DNA of 64,000 bases, from assembly GCA_963845145.1 (NCBI GenBank), contig CAWJQU010000017.1, positions 185,223 to 249,222 on the forward strand. The letters are read 5' to 3'. This document shows, piece by piece, positions 59,992 through 64,000 of the stretch. Source of the DNA: an uncultured delta proteobacterium (GTDB taxonomy: Bacteria > Desulfobacterota > Desulfobacteria > Desulfobacterales > QNYZ01). The position numbers were made by a program, and so were the translations under genes. The notes beneath the pieces are model-generated. The model made no database searches. It worked only from the letters and a program-made list of their open reading frames with translations, and had not been told where the DNA came from. Position 1 is the stretch's first letter. Every line of letters begins with the position of its first letter.

Positions 59992-62900
59992 TTATCTACT
60001 CGCACCCAACACTATGCCCCCAAGCCGCTAATCCGGATTTTGTCTGCCCCGGATTTTTTTCTTCAAAGGGCTTGATGGCACCGCTGCTGTTTGGATGAAG
60101 GCTGTGGATCCATGCCTGACGGCCAGTATGAACACTTGGTTTAATGACAAGCCGCGTCCAAGATCAAATTTTTTAAATGATCTACCACCGGCTTCGCCTG
60201 CCTCATCAATTTCGCTGTCCCCGTCATTATCGATCCCATCGGATTCAAACGCAGACCCAATTACAGAAGTATCTGAGGCGGTCCCGGTCCTGAAATAGAG
60301 CGCATAAAAATTACTTTCACCTTCAAATTGGCAAATATTGGGAGACGGTATGTAGGAAGTAAAGGTCAATATATCCCCCAGCAATGCTGCTTGACCGATA
60401 TTTCTTTCTGTGTTGTAGTAAGGTCTATTCGCCAACCGTCATAGTTGGACTCAATGTGGGGATCAAGTCTTCAAAAGTCGCTGCGGGACCGCCTGAAACA
60501 GCCCCCCCTACCTCCACATCAATTAGTCACATCTAACAGATCGGTAATAGGCACTTCAGCCCAGTGTATAGTCACCAGATACTATCAATGGGCTCTTTTA
60601 TCCCATAAAAGTTTTGATTATCGGTATTATTGGCATCATCTCGAACAAAGTACCGTCCGGTTCCAAAAAATACCCAATTCCACCATCGAATCCAGACCAA
60701 CGGTCGGTGCGGCAGTAATCGCCTGGTTTTGGGAGCTTCAAATCAAGCAATGACACTATCGCCGACCCATGAAGCTGGATTGTCATCATTAGCGATCGAC
60801 TATACGTCTTAATTTACTACCCCAACCAGCGGTCGCATTACCACTAACCGTTCCGAAATAGACGGCGTCGGCTTTATAGTCGAGATCGTAGTCGACAGTG
60901 ATCGGATCAGATATAAAGCCGTTATCGTCATGGTAAATTCCTGATAAAAATAGGGGCCCGAACTGGATGAAATATTCCGGTTGTTTAATGTTCATATTTG
61001 GTTATTCTGAGCCAATCGAATAAAATCCACTACATAAAGTTTCGCCTTTTGATTACTAATGGCATGGGAAAAGAAACCCCCGAATTGGTGCCGGGCGATC
61101 CGTCCGCTTCTGCCGGGCCGGAACCAAAAACAAGGTACCAGTCATTAGGGTCTGATTATGGTGTTTTTGCCTTCATAGCGATGACCGTTGGATAGCAAGT
61201 GGTATACCCCAAACCAGGAAAGGTGATTTCAGCCAAAACAATCGGTGGATTCTCCGGATTGGTTATATCCAGTACAAAAAAGGCGGAACTCATAGTCCGG
61301 TCAGTGGCATTCGTGGTGCCGTCCGTTCGATCCAGGTCGACATCGATTTTCCCACCTCCAAAACGCATGCCACCGACCAAAACCGTTCCCCAACCATGGG
61401 GATGGTCCGCATCAGGGGTAAAAATTTTAGCGTCGAATATCTCTCGGTTTTAGATCGGCGTAATAGGAATGAGCATACCCTGTCTCGGTTAGCCAGTAGA
61501 GATGGGGAAGCAGGTTATAGGGTACATAGGCCCAAAGTTCCGAGCCGAGATCGATAATACTGATGACGGATCCATCCGTGGTTCCAAGTCTAACTTTGGG
61601 TTGAGTTAAAAATTCGACGTCATCTTCGTGTCGCTGTTGACATCAACCCGGTTTTCATAGAATCCGCCATTAAAGGCATGAATCATCCGTCATTTCCACC
61701 GACATAGATGACCGTACGTCGGTTATTATATGTTCGGCAAAATCGGCAAAAGTCTCATCGCGATAAAGGAAATGCAATCCTTCCTGTGGTTTTCCGACTG
61801 CGGTGGGACTTGAGTACACGACATCATCCTAATCGCCAGGTTTCCAGCGAGCTATCGAATCATAATCCACCTGCCGGGATCGAAATTCCGGAATAACATC
61901 TCCAGTGCCAAGCGTAAACTCGGGTTGGTCCACCCCTAACAAAATTCACGACCCTTTGAGTTTGATTTTGGAAAAACTCGGTGCGGTTACCCGCAATGAC
62001 ATAGGCCGGCAAACAGGTTGAGTCGGTGTGAACGGGAATATAGGGGTAAATTTCAGATGAATTCACAAGGTCAGCAGCGCTGGGAAAGCTCGAAACAGCA
62101 AAGTCTCGCTGTTCACCGCAATCAACGATCATATCTTTATCCGTATCAACAAAAGTGATAATATGCCGTCCTTGACCCGTATAGTTAAATGGACGTTGGA
62201 TAGCGGCTTCGGCATCACTCATTTCATTTAGCCAGGATGAAGCCTTCCACAAATAGTCAATATCACTGCAGATACCAATGAAATCGGCGGTCGTTTCTGC
62301 GCCCTCAATGACTGAATTGCCATCATCATCACCAAACTTATAAACAGAAGTACCAACATAACCGATAACCATATCGGTTGGTGAGATCAAGGCGGTGATT
62401 ATTGTTACTATCTTCACGCATGTTACCGTATGCATCTACAAAAAGCGCTTGAACCTCTCCCACCCAATTGGCCGTATTTCCATCATTATCATTGTATTCA
62501 GGATAAAAGATGGACTGGTAGATAGCACCCTCACCAGATCGTGAACCCGAGATAACCGAGGCAACTGTTCCTGAAGATGTTCGCCGTAAAATATCGGCAA
62601 AAGACTTGTTCAGTTGTTCTTCCAATTTTAAAGGGTTGACGACATAAAAATAGGTGTCCGGGAGACCGTCACTATCTTTGTCCCATTCATCATTCCTGTC
62701 AGGGATATTGTTGCTGTTTTTATCTTCAAACCCGCCCCATTTGGCCGCATAGTACAGTGGGTTATTCAGTATTTCAGCCGAACCCGCGCCACCCCCGCCA
62801 GGGGTTAACCTGCGCGTGGCGGTCAAAGGTAAATCGACGTTATCATCCCAGGCGGTATCTCCGACACCGGTATTTGGTCCAACACCCGGCGGTGTATCAA

Positions 62901-64000
62901 GAAAAAATCAACATCGGTTCCGGCACCCGTGTCGGAGTCTCTCACTTCCAGATAAGTACCATCCGCAGTTGAGCCGGATACGATATACCCCGCATGTTGA
63001 ATCAGACAACCAGATGCGTACTCAGCGGTTAAAGTAACGTCCACACCGACACCGGCGCTGGGATCCGCTACCGGGTTGCCGGCGCCATCTACAACTTGAT
63101 ATTCATATATGATAATGGCATCCATTCATGATCGGCGGCTTGTTCACGTCTTCCCAGTTGATACGAAATAAACCACTAGTGGGCCCGATGGTTTCTGCAT
63201 AAAAGTCAACCAAGGTATTGGTAGCTTGAAAAAGCCCACGATCAGGTAGTGCGCCTAACAACGGCCCACCGTTTTAGCAAAGGGAACCAGAGAGATCGTT
63301 TCATCACCTACAGGAATCTCAATAGAAGGGAGTGGTGACGCGAGACCGACGGCATAGGTCGTTGTTTTCTGATCGTCGTTAGCGCTGTTTAGGTCTTGTG
63401 TCAAACCATGGTAGGCGACAGAAGCTGAATAATAACTCCCTTGCTTGGTGGGCTCTTCCGGGCAAAGACCACAAACGTCACTAAATCCAGTAAGCCCTTT
63501 TTCGGTACAACCACCATCATAATTGGTTCCCTGTTTCCAATAAAATAATTTCCCGCAAGACTTTTTCGGTAAAAATAACATTCCCAAGACTACTAACATC
63601 TAATCCACCTAAGCTCCCTGAAAAAGTAGAAAATGCACTGCCCGGTAGATCATCGGAGTCGTAAGTCGGATAAATATCACTTAAAACCAGCATAAAGGGG
63701 AGGGCGCATTCTTCAAATCCGCCTGCGCTATGATCGTAAGGATCCTTCCATGCCGGTTCAGCTAAACCCAAGCTGCTGTCAGCCGAGTTACCCTAATTGG
63801 CGTACTCGGATTTGGGGCTACCCGCGCCAGAAAAATACCGTAAGGTTTCGTACGTCATTTCCCCAATTGGATTTCCCCAGTCGGGAAACTCTCCATCATT
63901 GGCGGGACGATCAATTGCCCAGGTCCAGGCCATCCAGGTCATAAGCATTATAAGCATATCGGTAGTTAATTATCCTTAAATTATCAATGGTGTTGATTAT
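59992..64000 (-). pseudogene. pilY1: PilY1/PilC-like pilus tip adhesin, fragmented by many frameshifts; 5' end beyond the window
   Basis: Fragments NPLYYAAKWGGF, ELWAYVPYNLLPHL, LVGGMRFGG, FVLDITNPENPP.VLAE, VYFGT, FTSYIPS.NIC..EG.S.FYAL..RTG spread over successive frames. Confidence 0.85.

Overview
A 64-kb chromosomal window, by gene content probably from a sulfate-reducing Desulfobacterota (Desulfobacterales-like) bacterium (inference). 1-31.9 kb is mostly core: partial mqnE, a two-gene pfaD-pfaA PUFA-type PKS unit, xerD, M24 peptidase, Fur-FeoA fusion, rsmG, tRNA-Arg, rpoH-like sigma, TPR/LolB-like/RimK-like/dGTPase/UPF0280/LapA genes, mutS, EamA, crotonase, GAF-PilB ATPase, M48 protease, queH, yggS, maf, tRNA-Leu. 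32-46.2 kb is a co-oriented accessory block with three parts: (i) a ColRS-like two-component system with four 11-bp-phased ColR-type boxes ahead of an ExtEFG-like porin / 5-heme / 16-heme lipoprotein conduit; (ii) a methyltransferase, divergent class I isoprenoid synthase, Lol-like ABC and diheme lipoprotein; (iii) a marR-dsrE2-tusA-dsrM/K-like-fadL-like putative sulfur module with two matching operators. Then proC, selC, larC, pgpA, lepB, pilR, two vapBC pairs bracketed by ~190-bp repeats, and a type IV pilin locus (two paralogous pilins, ABC exporter, IS256 remnant, pilY1) that is heavily frameshifted after 55.3 kb. An unannotated ~65-nt sigma54-driven anti-Shine-Dalgarno sRNA candidate lies at 11.9 kb. 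All calls come from reading motifs by eye; no searches were run.
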